36,371 nucleotides of DNA from assembly GCA_002309375.1 (NCBI GenBank), contig DBXK01000016.1, positions 622-36,992 of the forward strand, written 5' to 3'. The notes under the pieces were generated by a model, which was not told where the DNA came from, did no database searches, and saw only the letters and a list, made by a program, of their open reading frames with translations. This stretch comes from Christensenella sp. UBA1214 (GTDB taxonomy: Bacteria > Bacillota > Clostridia > Christensenellales > CAG-138). The position numbers were made by a program, and so were the translations under genes. Below are positions 15,957-24,558 of the stretch, piece after piece. Within the stretch, counting starts at the first letter, position 1. Each line of letters begins with the position of its first letter.

Positions 15957-17873
15957 ATGAAAAGAATCGCAATATTTTTACTGGCAGCTGTTTTCGTATT
16001 GAGCCTTGGCCTTTCGGCCTGCAAAAAAAATGAAAACAACGGAAGCCAGACAGCTACGGAGAATTCGCCGAACCCGGCGTCTCCAGCCAACACTCCCGAA
16101 CAGACTCAAACCGAAAAGCCGAGCGGCGAACCCGATGCAACGGCAACTCCCGTTCCCGAAGTCACGCCCGTTCCGGGCACGACCGATCAGCCCACGATCG
16201 AAAAGCCGATCGATCCTTCGAGGGGCATCGAAAACGAAACGCTTAAGCAGATCGCCGACGATGTTTTCTATTCGGCGGTACTCGATAACGCGTTTTCATA
16301 TCATCAGTTCGTAAAAAGCGTTGATTCCTTCGAGATCGATCCCGACGAGATCCCGACAGGCTGGGGCGAATACTCGATTCAATCGCATCTTGACGGTATC
16401 AGCGAGAATAAAGAGCTCGGTGAAAGGCTTCATTCGATCGACCGCGATTCGCTTTCGGATTACGAGAAGATTGTTTATGACAACTTTGAAGAAGCGCTCC
16501 GTCTGACGGACGATCTCAACGACTATTACTATTTCGACGAGCCGCTGACTCCGTTCAACGGCGAGCATACCATGCTTCCGCTCATCATGACGATGTACGA
16601 GATCGAAAGCCTTGACGACGCAATGAACTATCTGACTCTGCTTGAGGATATGCCGCGCTATATCGGCCAGATCGAACAGTTTGAGATCGAGAAATCCCAG
16701 TTCAATCTGTTTATGACCGAGAACGCGCTCGACCAGGTCGTCGAAGCCTGCCGCAAATATGCCGACGAAGGCGATGACTTCTTCCTGATCGATTCGTTTG
16801 AGGCCGCGGTAAACAGCTGCAGTGCGATTCCGGAAAGCGAGAAGGCGGCACTCTTCGAACGCAATACCAACTGCATTATGAACAGCATTCTCCCCGCGTA
16901 CACACATCTTGCGGACACTCTCGAATCGCTTCGCCCGACCTGCAGAGAATTTGCAGGCGCTTATGCGCGCAGCAACGATGAGGCCCGCTATTTCGAGCTG
17001 AATATCCGCAATGAAGCCGCCGTCGATCTGAGCTGCGATGAAATGGCCGATATGCTCGATGATCTTGCAACTGAACTTTATTCGGAGCTCATGGTGATCG
17101 CGTATACCGATTATTCTGCGCTTCAGCAGTACGGCGACAGGAAAACCTCCGGAGATCACGACACGGATGTTGCTTACCTGCTCGAGCTGATCAACGGCGT
17201 CTATCCGAAGATCCCCGACCAGGACATTGATTTTGTGAACATTCCCGACGCTCTGGCGGATGATTTCAGCCCTGCCGCTTATCTGATCTCCGCATTCGAC
17301 GATCCTTCGCGCAATGTTGTGATGTTCAATCCTTCTGCGGATGATACGACGATGCTCTTCACCCTTGCGCACGAATGCTTCCCTGGGCATCTTTACCAGA
17401 CCCAGTATTTCCGCGCAAACAGGAATCTCTGCCTCGCTCAGCAGGCGCTTACGCCCTCCGGCTACTCCGAAGGATGGGCGGTTTTCTCCGAGCTTATGAT
17501 CGCCAAACGAGCCGAACAGTACAATGTCAATACTTGTGTGATCGAAAAGGATGAGAATATCGTGACGAACATCCTGATCCCCGGATATGTGAGCATCAAA
17601 GTCAATCACGATGGCTGGACAAAGCAGGATATCAGCGATTATCTCGCAGGCTATATGATCTCGAACGACGATTATGTTGATCTGCTCTATGAATACGCAG
17701 TCGACGTACCTTTGTATTTCTTCAACTATGCAATGGGATTCACAAACACAATGAGGATCTACAACGAGGTCGATCCGAGCAATGATCAGCAGCTCAAGCA
17801 GTTCCTTGAAGAATATCTGAGCTGCGGGCCCTGCTACTTCGACGTTCTGAACGAAAAATTCGGCGTCAAATAA
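15957..17873 (+). CDS. DUF885-family lipoprotein (putative zinc metallopeptidase-like fold)
   Basis: Lipobox LSAC; P/T-rich linker; LAHECFPGHLYQ and GYSEGWA. Start reassigned to ATG 15957 (SD GGAG). Confidence 0.85.
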   Translation: MKRIAIFLLAAVFVLSLGLSACKKNENNGSQTATENSPNPASPANTPEQTQTEKPSGEPDATATPVPEVTPVPGTTDQPTIEKPIDPSRGIENETLKQIADDVFYSAVLDNAFSYHQFVKSVDSFEIDPDEIPTGWGEYSIQSHLDGISENKELGERLHSIDRDSLSDYEKIVYDNFEEALRLTDDLNDYYYFDEPLTPFNGEHTMLPLIMTMYEIESLDDAMNYLTLLEDMPRYIGQIEQFEIEKSQFNLFMTENALDQVVEACRKYADEGDDFFLIDSFEAAVNSCSAIPESEKAALFERNTNCIMNSILPAYTHLADTLESLRPTCREFAGAYARSNDEARYFELNIRNEAAVDLSCDEMADMLDDLATELYSELMVIAYTDYSALQQYGDRKTSGDHDTDVAYLLELINGVYPKIPDQDIDFVNIPDALADDFSPAAYLISAFDDPSRNVVMFNPSADDTTMLFTLAHECFPGHLYQTQYFRANRNLCLAQQALTPSGYSEGWAVFSELMIAKRAEQYNVNTCVIEKDENIVTNILIPGYVSIKVNHDGWTKQDISDYLAGYMISNDDYVDLLYEYAVDVPLYFFNYAMGFTNTMRIYNEVDPSNDQQLKQFLEEYLSCGPCYFDVLNEKFGVK

Positions 17874-17896
17874 GCCGTAATCGAGTCACATAACAG

Positions 17897-17927
17897 ATCG
17901 CGCCGGTATTGAACATATCGGCGCGAT
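17897..17927 (+). terminator. 13-bp stem-loop after the DUF885 gene (probable terminator, weak U-tract)
   Basis: ATCGCGCCGGTAT-tgaac-ATATCGGCGCGAT. Confidence 0.55.
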
Positions 17928-17938
17928 TATGATATAAT
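17909..17938 (+). promoter_or_regulatory. Promoter of the recX operon
   Basis: TTGAAC, 18 bp spacer, TATAAT with extended TG. Confidence 0.6.
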
Positions 17939-17970
17939 CAGCATAAGAATTCAGGTTGGAGTGCAAACCA

Positions 17971-18474
17971 ATGATCAATAAAAAACAGCAGCAGAACAAG
18001 CGTAAAAAAGGCGTCGGCGCTTATGACGAGGCGCTTGATTTCCTGACGCCGAAAGCACGCACAGTGCGCGAAATGGAAAACCATCTCGACGAATGCGATT
18101 ATTCGGAGATCGAAGTGATCCAAACCGTTGAGAAACTGAAAGCCTGCGGCCTGCTGGATGATGAAAAGTACGCCGCTAACTTCATAGAATCCCGATTGAA
18201 CACAAAGCCCGTGAGCCGCCAAAAGCTCAGGGAACAGCTCTCCGGTCATTTGATCCCCGATGAAATAATCGACGCCGCGCTCGAAGCCGTCGACAGCGGA
18301 ACGGAAATTGAAAACGCGCGGAGCGTTGCGGAAAAGTATTTCCGCCAATTCGCTTCGCTTGAGCTCGCGGAGCGCCTTCGCCGCGTCGGGCTGCGCCTTG
18401 CGAGCCGCGGCTATTCGTTTGACGATATCAAAACCGTTCTATCGGAATTGACGGAAGAACTCCCGGATGAATAA
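17971..18474 (+). CDS. recX: Regulatory protein RecX
   Basis: ALDFL...RTVREM, GLLDDEKYA, LASRGYSFD; ATG 17971 with SD GGAG. Confidence 0.85.
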   Translation: MINKKQQQNKRKKGVGAYDEALDFLTPKARTVREMENHLDECDYSEIEVIQTVEKLKACGLLDDEKYAANFIESRLNTKPVSRQKLREQLSGHLIPDEIIDAALEAVDSGTEIENARSVAEKYFRQFASLELAERLRRVGLRLASRGYSFDDIKTVLSELTEELPDE

Positions 18475-19231
18475 TGAGCATTGTTTACAAATCGAATACC
18501 TTGATTCGGTCGATTCAACAAACGCTTACCTGAAGCGAAAGCTTCTTTCGGGCGAGCCTCTGCCGGAGCCTCCGTTTGCGGCGGCGGCAAAAGAGCAGAC
18601 CGAAGGCAGGGGACGCAGCGGCAGAAAATGGCTCAATACGGAAGGCGCGCTGATGATGAGCGTTGCCGTGATGCTTGACGATCCTTCCGTCGAAGCGCCT
18701 CTTGCATCGCTTGCCGCCGCCTGCGCGGCGAAAAAGACGATCGCGGCGCTCGGGTGCAGAGCTTCGATAAAATGGCCGAATGATGTTGTCTGCATCGGAG
18801 TAAACGGATATAAAAAGCTTTGCGGGATCCTTTGCGAGCTTGTCCGATTGCCGGATGGCCGTTGGTTCGCGATCCTCGGGATCGGCGTCAACGTCAACGC
18901 GGACGCGATCCCCGAAAACCTTTTGCAGCCCGCGACTTCCGTTTTCCTCGAAACGGGAAGAAAAACGGAGATCTCCGCAGCTGCTGCCATTCTTTTCAGA
19001 TCCGTTTGCGGATATGCCGATCTGCTTAAAACCGATAAAAACGCGCTCCTTAGCAATTACAGAGCCGATTGCTTTACTTTCGGCAAAAGCGTTCGGGCAA
19101 TCGAATCGAGCGGAAATGAGATCGTCGGGATCGCCGCTGATATCGACAGTATTGGAAGGCTGACGATCCTGACTGAAACCGGCGAAAAGATCACCGTTTC
19201 GGCGGCGGATGTTTCACTCAGACTTAAATAA
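18467..19231 (+). CDS. birA: Biotin--[acetyl-CoA-carboxylase] ligase without an N-terminal HTH
   Basis: VDSTN, QTEGRGRSGRKW, IKWPND, KKLCGILCE, GIGVNVN. Confidence 0.93.
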   Translation: MNNEHCLQIEYLDSVDSTNAYLKRKLLSGEPLPEPPFAAAAKEQTEGRGRSGRKWLNTEGALMMSVAVMLDDPSVEAPLASLAAACAAKKTIAALGCRASIKWPNDVVCIGVNGYKKLCGILCELVRLPDGRWFAILGIGVNVNADAIPENLLQPATSVFLETGRKTEISAAAAILFRSVCGYADLLKTDKNALLSNYRADCFTFGKSVRAIESSGNEIVGIAADIDSIGRLTILTETGEKITVSAADVSLRLK

Positions 19232-19237
19232 CGAATC

Positions 19238-20692
19238 ATGGAACATGTATTGACAAATGAAACGATGCGGCTGATCGACCGCTATATGATCGAAAAGATC
19301 GGGATCCCGGGCGCCGTCCTTATGGAAAACGCCGCTTCCTGCGCGGCAGACGCCGTGCTTGAATGCGGAAAAACCGGCAGATGCCTGGTCCTCATCGGCC
19401 CCGGCAATAACGGCGGCGACGGACTCGCGCTTATGCGCATCCTTGCTTCGCGCGGCCGGGAATCGACCGGGATATTGCTTTGCGACCCTTCAAAATTTTC
19501 CGGCGACGCGGCTCTGAACTATTCGATCGTAAAGCACCTCGGCCTGCCGCTCAGCACCGATCTTTCGCTGATCGACGGCGCGGAGATCATTATCGACGCC
19601 GTTTTCGGCACTGGACTTGCAAGAGATATTACCGGGATCCAACGCGAAGCGATCCGACGGGCAAATATTTCCTGCGCTTACAGGATCGCGATCGATATTC
19701 CTTCCGGCATCAACGGGGACACGGGGAAGATCATGGGCGATTGCTTCAATGCGGACGAAACGATCGCCGTGTTCGCCGTAAAGCGCGGGCTGCTGCTGAC
19801 TGAACGGCTCGAATCGGTCGGGCGGATCAGAACAGCAAGGATCGGGATGGTCGATGATAAAATGCAGCAGCTGATCGAAACGGAAACGATCGTTGACGAA
19901 GCTTTCGTGCGCTCGCTGCTGCCCACCCGCCGCCGCGTTTCAAATAAGGGGACTTACGGAAGAACGCTGATTATTGCCGGAAGCCGTAATATGCCCGGCG
20001 CCGCCGTAATGTGTACGCGTGCGGTGCTTCGCACGGGCTCCGGCCTCACAAGGACGATCGTGCCCTGCGGCATTGAAAGCGCATTTGCTTCAACGCCGGA
20101 GACGATGCTGATTTGCGACGACGGAACGCTTGATATAAACGAACAGCTCGAATGGACTGATGCCGCGGCGATCGGCTGCGGCATGGGCAGCGATCCGAGA
20201 AAATATGAGAAAACAGAAGCAGTGCTTCGCTCCGGAAAGCGCGCAGTGATCGACGCCGACGGCTTGAACCTGATGGATGAGCGCCTCAGGGAGCTCCTTT
20301 CCGGCAATAACGTGATCACGCCCCATCCAGGCGAGATGGCGCGGCGGACCGGCGCTTCGGCTGCCGACATTCTCGCGGATCCCGTTTCGGCTGCGCAGGG
20401 CTTTGCATCACGGTACGGCTGCACAGTGCTGCTTAAGAATGCGGTGTCGGTGATCGCTTCGCCGGACGGAAGGATCCGTTATAATACCGCCGGCAATCCC
20501 GGCCTTGCCAAGGGCGGGAGCGGCGACGTGCTCTGCGGAATAATTGCGGCTTTGCTTGCTGCCGGCCTCGATCCTTTCGACGCGGCAAGCGCCGGAGCTT
20601 ACATCCTCGGGACCGCGGCGGACAAAGCTTTCGCCCTTCTCGGGGAAAGGATGCTGATCGCGGGCGACGTGATAGACGCTCTAGACTATTGA
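19238..20692 (+). CDS. nnr: Bifunctional NAD(P)H-hydrate epimerase/dehydratase (YjeF)
   Basis: LMENA, GPGNNGGDG, DAVFGTG, DIPSG, NKGTYG, VIDADG, TPHPGE, GGSGDVL. Confidence 0.93.
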   Translation: MEHVLTNETMRLIDRYMIEKIGIPGAVLMENAASCAADAVLECGKTGRCLVLIGPGNNGGDGLALMRILASRGRESTGILLCDPSKFSGDAALNYSIVKHLGLPLSTDLSLIDGAEIIIDAVFGTGLARDITGIQREAIRRANISCAYRIAIDIPSGINGDTGKIMGDCFNADETIAVFAVKRGLLLTERLESVGRIRTARIGMVDDKMQQLIETETIVDEAFVRSLLPTRRRVSNKGTYGRTLIIAGSRNMPGAAVMCTRAVLRTGSGLTRTIVPCGIESAFASTPETMLICDDGTLDINEQLEWTDAAAIGCGMGSDPRKYEKTEAVLRSGKRAVIDADGLNLMDERLRELLSGNNVITPHPGEMARRTGASAADILADPVSAAQGFASRYGCTVLLKNAVSVIASPDGRIRYNTAGNPGLAKGGSGDVLCGIIAALLAAGLDPFDAASAGAYILGTAADKAFALLGERMLIAGDVIDALDY

Positions 20693-20719
20693 TTTCGATC
20701 AAAAACGGAGGTTTAAAAT

Positions 20720-21889
20720 ATGCTGATACTGAAAAACGGAAACGTGAAACCTGTTGCCGGCGAAAACTTTACCGGCGATATCCTGATCGACAACGGTAAA
20801 ATAGCCGATCTCGGCACCGAGCTCGAAAAGTCATTTCCTGAGGCGGAGATAATCGACGTTTCGGGCTGCACCGTCATTCCGGGCATTATCGACGCCCACT
20901 GCCATATCGGCATGTGGGAGGACGGCATCGGCGTCGAAGGTTCCGACGGGAACGATCCCTATAAACCCGTAACGCCCGAGCTGCGCTCGATCGACGGAAT
21001 AAATCCCTATGACAGAAGCTACGGTGAAGCCTGCGCCGCGGGCATCACGACCGTTGTGACCGGACCCGGAAGCGCGAACGTGATCGGCGGTCAGTTCACT
21101 GCAATGAAGACGGCGGGCAAGGATCTTGACGACATGGTCATCAAATTCCCGCTCGCAATGAAGGCCGCTCTCGGCGAGAATCCGAAGCGCGTTTTCTCTG
21201 GCCAAAAAGCTTTTTATACAAGAATGGCGGTTGCTTCGCTGCTTCGAAAAGCGCTTTCCGATGCGAAGGAATACGATGAAAAGATCAAGGCGGCGGGGGA
21301 TGATGAATCCAAACTGCCGAAAACCGATCATTCGCTCGAAGCGCTTCTGCCCGTGATCCGCCGCGAGCTTCCGCTGAAGATCCATGCGCACCGCATCGAC
21401 GATATCATGACCGCGATCAGGATCGCGAAGGAATTCAATATCCGCTGCACTCTCGATCATTTCACCGAAGGTTATATGTACATCGACCTCATAAAAGACG
21501 ATATCGACGCGCTCGGCGCGGGGATAATCGTCGGCCCGTACATGAGCGGCAGAAGCAAGATCGAGCTGCGCAACGCGAGCATGGAAGCGCCCGGGATACT
21601 CTATAAAAAGGGCGTGAAGTTCGCGATAATGACGGATCATCCCGTCATTCCCGTGCAGTATCTGCCAGTTTGTGCGGCGGTAGCCGTCCGCGAAGGGCTT
21701 CCGGAAGATGCGGCACTCGAAGCGATCACGAAGAACCCCGCTGAGATCATCGGACTCGGGGACAGGATCGGAACGATCGAGCGCGGCAAGGATGCGGATA
21801 TCGCCGTTTTCAGCGGAGATCCTTTCGATTTCCGTTCCCGCTGCGTTCTGACCCTCGTAAACGGAAAGGCGGCGCACAGTGAACTTTGA
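20720..21889 (+). CDS. Metal-dependent amidohydrolase, substrate unknown
   Basis: PGIIDAHCH, KAALGENPK, IHAH, LDH, TDHP, GKDADIAVF. Confidence 0.88.
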   Translation: MLILKNGNVKPVAGENFTGDILIDNGKIADLGTELEKSFPEAEIIDVSGCTVIPGIIDAHCHIGMWEDGIGVEGSDGNDPYKPVTPELRSIDGINPYDRSYGEACAAGITTVVTGPGSANVIGGQFTAMKTAGKDLDDMVIKFPLAMKAALGENPKRVFSGQKAFYTRMAVASLLRKALSDAKEYDEKIKAAGDDESKLPKTDHSLEALLPVIRRELPLKIHAHRIDDIMTAIRIAKEFNIRCTLDHFTEGYMYIDLIKDDIDALGAGIIVGPYMSGRSKIELRNASMEAPGILYKKGVKFAIMTDHPVIPVQYLPVCAAVAVREGLPEDAALEAITKNPAEIIGLGDRIGTIERGKDADIAVFSGDPFDFRSRCVLTLVNGKAAHSEL

Positions 21890-22475
21890 CTGCTCGCTGA
21901 CCCTGTCCGTTCCGGAACAAAAGGCAAGGCTCAGAAAAGAGATCCGTTCAAGACGAAGGGCACTCGATAACGATACTGTGCTCGATGCTTCCCTTGCTGT
22001 TTCAAAAAGGCTGATTGAGCTTCCGGTCATCAAAAACGCAGGCCTGATCCTTTCTTATATGCCTGCGAAGAACGAGCTCGACGTGAGGAGCGTCAATACG
22101 ATCCTTGGCTCGCAGGGGAAAAGGATCGCGTATCCGCTCTGCATCGAGGACGGCGGGCTGAGGCTCTTCGTGCCGGAATCGGAAGATGCTTTCACCGTCG
22201 GCAGCTACGGCATACTCGAGCCGGATATTGATCGATCCTGCGAAGTCATGCCGGATGAACTCGATGCGATCATCGTTCCAGCTGTCGCTTTTACGAAGGA
22301 CTGCATGCGCCTTGGGCAGGGCGGGGGATACTACGACAGGCTCCTCGCAAAGACGAATGCCGCAACCGTCGGCGTCGGTTATGATTTCCAGCTGCTTGTT
22401 TCGCTGCCGCTCGAAGCGCATGACAGACCGCTTGATTTTGTCGTCTTGCCGTCCGCTGTTTTCACGTCAAAATGA
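21879..22475 (+). CDS. 5-formyltetrahydrofolate cyclo-ligase
   Basis: KARLRKE, YGILEP, IIVPAVAF, RLGQGGGYYDR, EAHDRPLD; GTG start overlapping the upstream gene. Confidence 0.92.
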   Translation: MNFDCSLTLSVPEQKARLRKEIRSRRRALDNDTVLDASLAVSKRLIELPVIKNAGLILSYMPAKNELDVRSVNTILGSQGKRIAYPLCIEDGGLRLFVPESEDAFTVGSYGILEPDIDRSCEVMPDELDAIIVPAVAFTKDCMRLGQGGGYYDRLLAKTNAATVGVGYDFQLLVSLPLEAHDRPLDFVVLPSAVFTSK

Positions 22476-22522
22476 TGTTTGCAATTTGACGCGAAAAATT
22501 TACTTTTATGTCGTATTGGCTC

Positions 22523-22557
22523 TTGAAAACGGGCGGCTGAGGTGGTAAGATTATAAT
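22523..22557 (+). promoter_or_regulatory. Sigma-A promoter of rsmD-coaD
   Basis: TTGAAA, 17 bp spacer, TAAGAT with extended TG; an adjacent TATAAT at 22552-22557. Confidence 0.55.
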
Positions 22558-22579
22558 GATATGGATTGGAGTGTGAACT

Positions 22580-23161
22580 GTGCGGATTATTGCCGGAACT
22601 GCACGCGGGCGGCTGTTTGAAGCCCCGGAAGGTCTCTCAACAAGACCGACGCTTGACCGTGTCCGCGAAGCGATGTTCGGCATGATACAGTTCGATGTTC
22701 CCGGTTCCGCAGTTCTTGATCTTTTCGCCGGAAGCGGCGGCCTCGGGCTCGAAGCGCTTTCAAGGGGCGCCGAAAGCTGCGATTTCTGCGACAGCAGCAG
22801 GAAGGCATGCGAGATCGTTTCAAGGAACTGCAGGAACCTCGGCTTTTTGCGGAATACTGCGGTCCATTGCTCCGATTGCTTCAATCTTCTCGAGCGGGTT
22901 AGGGCAGAAGGGCGAAAGTTTTCGCTCGTACTGCTCGATCCGCCCTATGAAGCCGGGCTATACGAACCCGTCTTCAAAGCGCTCATTGAAAAGGACCTTC
23001 TTGAAGATGGGTGCATCGTTCTTGCGGAGCATCCGGTCAGGCTCGATATCGATCCGAAGCTCGAATGCCTGAAAGCCGGCAAGCCTCATCGCTACGGCGA
23101 TGTTGCCGTTACCAAATTCATTTACGAAAGCGGGCAAAACGCCCTTGGGAGCAAAGAGTGA
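22580..23161 (+). CDS. rsmD: 16S rRNA m2G966 methyltransferase
   Basis: MRIIAG, TRPTLDRVREAMF, LDLFAGSG, EALSRGA, DPPY. Confidence 0.95.
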   Translation: MRIIAGTARGRLFEAPEGLSTRPTLDRVREAMFGMIQFDVPGSAVLDLFAGSGGLGLEALSRGAESCDFCDSSRKACEIVSRNCRNLGFLRNTAVHCSDCFNLLERVRAEGRKFSLVLLDPPYEAGLYEPVFKALIEKDLLEDGCIVLAEHPVRLDIDPKLECLKAGKPHRYGDVAVTKFIYESGQNALGSKE

Positions 23162-23649
23162 GCATTGCGATTTTTGCCGGATCGTTCGATCCCTTCACTG
23201 CAGGGCATCTTGATATCGTCAGGAGGGCCGCGCCGCGCTTTGATAAGCTTTATGTTTCGGTAAGCAAAAACCCGGCGAAGGAGCAGTCCCGCTTCACCGT
23301 TTCGGAAAGGCTGGAGCTGATCCGCGACGCGGTTGCGGGGATCGACAATGTCGAAGTCACCGCATTCGAAGGCATTTTGATCGAATACTGCCACACGATC
23401 GGCGCCGACAGCCTCATCCGAAGCATCCGCAACGGCACCGACCTCGATTATGAACGCCAGCTTGCGGAGATCAATCTTCAGCTCGACCCGAAAATCGAAA
23501 CGGTTTTCCTGCTTTCAACGCCGGAACTAGGCTATATCAGCTCGACGCTCGTGCGTCAGCTCATGGATCTCGGAATCAGCATTGAGAAGCTCGTTCCCAA
23601 TGCAAACCATACAATTATTCTCAATAAATTAAACGGAGGGAACTTATAA
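23158..23649 (+). CDS. coaD: Pantetheine-phosphate adenylyltransferase
   Basis: AIFAGSFDPFTAGHLDI, ISSTLVR; GTG start in a GTGA overlap with the rsmD stop. Confidence 0.95.
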   Translation: MSIAIFAGSFDPFTAGHLDIVRRAAPRFDKLYVSVSKNPAKEQSRFTVSERLELIRDAVAGIDNVEVTAFEGILIEYCHTIGADSLIRSIRNGTDLDYERQLAEINLQLDPKIETVFLLSTPELGYISSTLVRQLMDLGISIEKLVPNANHTIILNKLNGGNL

Positions 23650-24495
23650 ATGGAACAGACAGAACTCATCATCGTTGACGCTCTCGACAAGATCGAGCAA
23701 AAGATCTATGACAGCCAGATCCCGAGGATGCGTGCAGACGACAGGCTCCGCATCGTCAATTCCGATGTGATCGCCGATATGCTTGCGGATATCAAGACCC
23801 AGCTTCCCGCTGAGATCCGCCGCGCGAATTCGCTGCTTCTTCAGATGGACGCAAAGCTCCAGTCCGCGACCGACTATGCAAACAAGATCGCCGCAGACGC
23901 CGAGAAAAATGCCGAAGACACAATGATCAAGGCAAACTCCGCCGCCCAGAAGGCCACGAACGAAGCCAATGAGTACTACGACGAAAAAGTCTCTCTCGGC
24001 GACGAGTACCTTGCAAACAAGATGCGCGAAGGCGATACATATTATAACGAGAGGATCGCAAAGGCGCAGGAAGACGCGGAAGCGATCATTGCTCAGGCGA
24101 ATGAAGAGCGCGAACACCTCATCAGCGAGCATGAAGTCACTCTTGCCGCACAGGATCAGGCCGAGGAGCTCCGCAAAAAGACGATCGTCCGCTCCAACCA
24201 GGTCTATAACAATGCGAAGAAGAGCGCGGACGACGTGCTTGCAACGCTGATGAAGTACCTCGAGGAATACTATAACGCGATCGACGCCGACAGGAAAGCG
24301 CTCGACGTCAAGCCCGCCGAAACCGAAGCGAAGCGTCCCGAGCAGGCTGCGCGTCCGCAGCCTCAGCAGGGCTCACGCAGAGAAGCTGAGACCGATACGG
24401 ACGATAATCCGCCTTCGTTCTTCGATCTTTTCAAGCGCAAGAAAAAGCCGCAGAATAACAACAATAATAATCTCGATTACGAAGATATCAACTGA
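23650..24495 (+). CDS. Coiled-coil protein downstream of coaD (DivIVA/SepIVA-like, often annotated as ATPase-subunit-like)
   Basis: SD GGAGG; LPAEIRRA, AQEDAEAIIAQANEERE.LISEHEV...AQ..AEE; syntenic position after coaD. Confidence 0.65.
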   Translation: MEQTELIIVDALDKIEQKIYDSQIPRMRADDRLRIVNSDVIADMLADIKTQLPAEIRRANSLLLQMDAKLQSATDYANKIAADAEKNAEDTMIKANSAAQKATNEANEYYDEKVSLGDEYLANKMREGDTYYNERIAKAQEDAEAIIAQANEEREHLISEHEVTLAAQDQAEELRKKTIVRSNQVYNNAKKSADDVLATLMKYLEEYYNAIDADRKALDVKPAETEAKRPEQAARPQPQQGSRREAETDTDDNPPSFFDLFKRKKKPQNNNNNNLDYEDIN

Positions 24496-24531
24496 TCCGT
24501 CAGGACAGACCCCCTGTTTAATTTAGGTTTG

Positions 24532-24558
24532 AGCGGACCCTTTATTGGGGTCCGCTTT
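24532..24558. terminator. Terminator hairpin between convergent genes
   Basis: AGCGGACCCT-ttatt-GGGGTCCGCT followed by TT. Confidence 0.75.

Noticed and set aside
15766-15972. N-terminal extensions in the ORF track (hflX 15972, DUF885 15852; likewise glnS, pfk, coaD, ackA, smc, acpP, ylxM)
   Set aside because: They run through promoter regions or neighbouring genes. Downstream starts have SD sites or match family N-termini.
17909-17922. LexA (GAAC-N4-GTTC) box upstream of recX
   Set aside because: Only the GAAC half is present; the second half reads CGGC.
21860-21890. 6S RNA upstream of the 5-formyl-THF cyclo-ligase gene
   Set aside because: That linkage is known in other taxa, but here the gene overlaps the amidohydrolase and leaves no room.
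24454-24471. AAY trinucleotide run
   Set aside because: Six mixed Asn codons in a disordered tail; frame-preserving and too short to be a contingency locus.
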